The notes beneath the pieces are model-generated. The model did not search any database. It was not told the origin of the DNA and saw nothing but the letters and a program-made list of their open reading frames with translations. Source: Nitrosopumilaceae archaeon (GTDB lineage Archaea > Thermoproteota > Nitrososphaeria > Nitrososphaerales > Nitrosopumilaceae). Taken from it: DNA of 64,000 nucleotides. The position numbers were made by a program, and so were the translations under genes. Below are positions 57,001 to 64,000 of the stretch, in pieces. The stretch lies in NCBI GenBank assembly GCA_965200155.1, contig CBDATR010000009.1:32001-96000 (forward strand), given 5' to 3'. Every line of letters starts with the position of its first letter. Position 1 is the stretch's first letter.

Positions 57001-60000
57001 CGGCCTCATTGAAGGTCGTTACTTGCCAAGACCCACGGATCGCCCTGATACATTTCCGCAGCCTAACGGTTGCGGCCTCATTGAAGGGCATTGTGGTGTG
57101 TCAATAAAGGATAGATCACCTCATTATTTCCGCAGCCTAACGGTTGCGGCCTCATTGAAGGAAGGCCATCTGCGACCTCCTCCAATAGATCGTCAAAATT
57201 TCCGCAGCCTAACGGTTGCGGCCTCATTGAAGGGGTTCAGAGCCACGTGGGTAGTCGTTGAGGATGATTGATTTCCGCAGCCTAACGGTTGCGGCCTCAT
57301 TGAAGGTCCGTGCCAATCCGTCCACTTCATCGCTGTATGGAGTATTTCCGCAGCCTAACGGTTGCGGCCTCATTGAAGGAAAGCCACTCACTTCGGACTT
57401 GACAATTTCTGAAAAATTTCCGCAGCCTAACGGTTGCGGCCTCATTGAAGGATGCCGCCCCATGAGTCGTCGTCGGTTCGTGTGGCTAATTTCCGCAGCC
57501 TAACGGTTGCGGCCTCATTGAAGGTCCTACTATGATGAATGCTGGTGCTCGATTAGGACAATTTCCGCAGCCTAACGGTTGCGGCCTCATTGAAGGTAAG
57601 ACGCCGCGAATATGTGGATATGGAGCAGTTCAATTTCCGCAGCCTAACGGTTGCGGCCTCATTGAAGGAAAGGGATTTGGATGTTGCCGACGATGCATAT
57701 TTGCTATTTCCGCAGCCTAACGGTTGCGGCCTCATTGAAGGAATCGCGTGCATTATATAGCACAGACATATGTGGACGCATTTCCGCAGCCTAACGGTTG
57801 CGGCCTCATTGAAGGTCGCATGGCGGCGGGACCGTGGGTGATGTATATTCTATTTCCGCAGCCTAACGGTTGCGGCCTCATTGAAGGGGGGCGCCGCAAA
57901 ATGTCATGGCCACGGGGGGTAATGATTTCCGCAGCCTAACGGTTGCGGCCTCATTGAAGGTCTACTGCATTATCTTCTTTTTTAACTTCTTTTTCATATT
58001 TCCGCAGCCTAACGGTTGCGGCCTCATTGAAGGATATGTAATGATATGTATTTACATAATGGTGATATATATTTCCGCAGCCTAACGGTTGCGGCCTCAT
58101 TGAAGGGGCTTTAAATTCTCCCGATCGTGGGCGCGTTCGTAATATTTCCGCAGCCTAACGGTTGCGGCCTCATTGAAGGATACCACTTTGTGGATCCATT
58201 CCGAATTTTGAATTTGATTTCCGCAGCCTAACGGTTGCGGCCTCATTGAAGGCACATTATTATCTGAGTATAATCCGGCAAGAGAAGGATTATTTCCGCA
58301 GCCTAACGGTTGCGGCCTCATTGAAGGATGGCAAATTAGAGGATGCTGGGCGCGCCATATATGATTTCCGCAGCCTAACGGTTGCGGCCTCATTGAAGGT
58401 GGCACTGAGTTATTTGATTATTCAACCGATCAATTATTTCCGCAGCCTAACGGTTGCGGCCTCATTGAAGGGGGTGAAAATTCATCATTAAATATATCGG
58501 TACATATATTTCCGCAGCCTAACGGTTGCGGCCTCATTGAAGGAACATTCAGTTTCTTTGCACTCCCACGTGTATATATAATTTCCGCAGCCTAACGGTT
58601 GCGGCCTCATTGAAGGAAGAAATTAATGACAAATTAGATTCGCTATTATGCAGATTTCCGCAGCCTAACGGTTGCGGCCTCATTGAAGGGTGCCCGGCTT
58701 GAATGATCTATTAGACACAGCGTACGATTTCCGCAGCCTAACGGTTGCGGCCTCATTGAAGGATTATCCACCATGAGCATGCTATTTATCCAATAGACAA
58801 ATTTCCGCAGCCTAACGGTTGCGGCCTCATTGAAGGATGGAGCGACGGGGCGTGCCGACACACGCGTGGATGCATTTCCGCAGCCTAACGGTTGCGGCCT
58901 CATTGAAGGCATTTCCACCCGTAATGATTGTAACAATGTCACTATTAATTTCCGCAGCCTAACGGTTGCGGCCTCATTGAAGGTAGGGATTATGTCGCTC
59001 AATATGTGCGAGACGAATTAATTTCCGCAGCCTAACGGTTGCGGCCTCATTGAAGGCCAGTATATTTTGCCTTTAACTTATCGATACCATCAGATTTCCG
59101 CAGCCTAACGGTTGCGGCCTCATTGAAGGTTGCGGCGAGGACATGCAATACTCCGGTTGGTATGACATTTCCGCAGCCTAACGGTTGCGGCCTCATTGAA
59201 GGTACTCAATCAGCTCTATACTTTGACTGGGTATTGCCATTTCCGCAGCCTAACGGTTGCGGCCTCATTGAAGGACGTCGCGGCCTGATCCGCATATGTT
59301 TCAGAGACTGTTAATTTCCGCAGCCTAACGGTTGCGGCCTCATTGAAGGTATAATGTTGGAATGCAATAAATCCCTTGGTGTTGAGATTTCCGCAGCCTA
59401 ACGGTTGCGGCCTCATTGAAGGTTGCCTGATCCCGACACAAGCACGTTAACGATTGAGAATATTTCCGCAGCCTAACGGTTGCGGCCTCATTGAAGGGTA
59501 ATTCAGCGTATCGTTTACCGCTTGGCCAAAGAATAATTTCCGCAGCCTAACGGTTGCGGCCTCATTGAAGGTACGTATTTGAGGCATATGAAGAAAAATA
59601 CCCGACATATTTCCGCAGCCTAACGGTTGCGGCCTCATTGAAGGCAAACATAGAGCACAAACGGCGAATGAAAAAAAGGAAGATTTCCGCAGCCTAACGG
59701 TTGCGGCCTCATTGAAGGAACACAGGCATGACGCAATTGGCAATTTGTAGGTGATATTTCCGCAGCCTAACGGTTGCGGCCTCATTGAAGGTGGTGGGGT
59801 TTGATCCCGGTTCAAAATATCATAATAAGATTTCCGCAGCCTAACGGTTGCGGCCTCATTGAAGGCGTCGGCATATGAGTCCAATACCACACCGGATAAA
59901 CCCATTTCCGCAGCCTAACGGTTGCGGCCTCATTGAAGGGAAGGAGTGGAGGAAGTGGGGCCCGACGCCGCAGAGATGGATTTCCGCAGCCTAACGGTTG

Positions 60001-60087
60001 CGGCCTCATTGAAGAATACCATTTCCACTTTGCATTTCGTGATATTACGATATTTCCGCAGCTTAATTGCTGCGGCCTCATTGAAGG
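39011..60087 (+). CRISPR. Type I-G CRISPR array, approximately 290 repeats
   Basis: 36-bp repeat ATTTCCGCAGCCTAACGGTTGCGGCCTCATTGAAGG with hairpin CCGCAGCC/GGTTGCGG and ATTGAAG 3' end; spacers mostly 35-39 bp; last two repeats degenerate. Count estimated from length divided by a ~72.5-bp period. Confidence 0.99.
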
Positions 60088-60102
60088 CTTGAGCAGCTCA
60101 AG

Positions 60103-61058
60103 CTATATACGTGTGGTCTGGGAATTACTCCATATCACCTCAGCAGGGCCAAATGTACCATAACCACCCTCCTTTGTACGACGTATTGGTGCGCCCATTA
60201 TTTTTGTAATGCCCCAAGAATCAAACCATTTTGCTCTCTTTGATTTAAAATGAGTTCCAACGTTTCGTTTTTTGGAACGTTCACCCACAGCAGGTTTGTA
60301 AAAAGAATGTGCGAGGAGGGATCTTGTGACGTTGATAGTGGTAGGACGATCCCAGATTGGCCAAGAATAATAACCACATTTCCATTTACCAGAACAACCT
60401 TGCGTGAGTGTTCCCTTTTTACCTGGAAACACAGGATGCATGCTGAGTCCTAAAACTGCTAGTGCTTCAGGTCCAGGATTGATGCGTTTTTTTCTGTCAC
60501 TTGGGTTTTCTGCCATTAATGCATATATACGCTCATCAGCTATATCCCATTTCAGCGAACTCAACTCGCAGTTATCATACTTCCACGGACCACAGAGTCC
60601 AGTATGAATATCTGCATCAGTAACATGATTCAATATATTGCGGGCAATTTCCAGAAATTTCTGTTGGCCTGCCGAAAAGTAGAGATCAGAAGGTTTTGAC
60701 TTGCCAGATCTATCTAAACTTCCCTCTGCCAACAATGCACAAGCAAGCGATCCACCACCCTCTTTTTGCGCATCTTTCAGATATTTACGGATATCATCAG
60801 CCGCCAACTTCAACTCATCGCCCTTTTTGATGTTGGGCTTCATTGCTGGCGAGTTCTTCCATTCTTCAAATACTCGTTGCGCCTGTTTTACAACTTCATC
60901 AACAGTGAATTTCTGATCAATTGTTGCATATGGTATCACACCACCCGACCACCATAAACGGGGCTGGTCTTTCTGTCCAGCATATGCAACCTGTATTCCA
61001 AGGGCAGCCAAGAACCCTAGTGGATTTGTACCATCTAGACCTCTTAACTGTAATCCGT

Positions 61059-61062
<4 letters not shown>
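60103..61062 (-). CDS. Type I-G large subunit-like protein (Cas8g2/Csb3, Cas3-extension family)
   Basis: L.GLDG.NPLGFLAALG N-terminus, F.AGQQKF, GPW.Y, WPIW; ATGA-coupled to cas3. Confidence 0.75.

Positions 61063-64000
<2,938 letters not shown>

Noticed and set aside
59939-59979. Spacer with GGAGGAAGTGGGG resembling 16S rRNA
   Set aside because: Match too short and gapped to support self-targeting.
39011-60087. Self-targeting spacers within the window
   Set aside because: None seen by eye; a computational search is needed to exclude them.
38973-60163. Numerous ORFs with FRSLTVAASLK / MRPQPLGCGN / FPQPNGCGLIEG repeats
   Set aside because: Translations of the CRISPR repeat, not genes.

Overview
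Archaeal DNA, most likely a Nitrososphaerota (Thaumarchaeota) genome in decay, judged from CdvA, TFB, Gar1, SRP19, TATA boxes and many pseudogenes. A Cenarchaeum-like host-associated lineage is inferred, not shown. Bases 1-36.6 kb mix housekeeping genes (acs, cdvA, sufC, UbiA/MenA-type prenyltransferase, srp19, gar1, tfb, PduO-type adenosyltransferase, sulfite/nitrite reductase, two ABC substrate-binding proteins) with IS66/IS3/IS481/IS5/tnpB remnants, 15 copies of a ~100-bp MITE with 8-bp TSDs, and broken PriL-like, HaeIII-like and Dam-like genes. Bases 36.8-64 kb are a type I-G (I-U) CRISPR-Cas locus: cas4-cas1 fusion, cas2, leader, a ~21-kb array of roughly 290 36-bp repeats, and a convergent csb2-cas3-cas8g operon. 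The main observation is five sites outside the array where ~36-37 bp of ordinary coding DNA (35-39 at the most eroded site) is directly duplicated around a unique 34-37-bp insert. This is the footprint expected of off-target Cas1-Cas2 spacer integration ('neo-arrays'). One such site is the cas1-stop/cas2-start junction itself; the others lie in the IS5, PriL-like, REase and MTase pseudogenes. All counts and alignments were made by eye.
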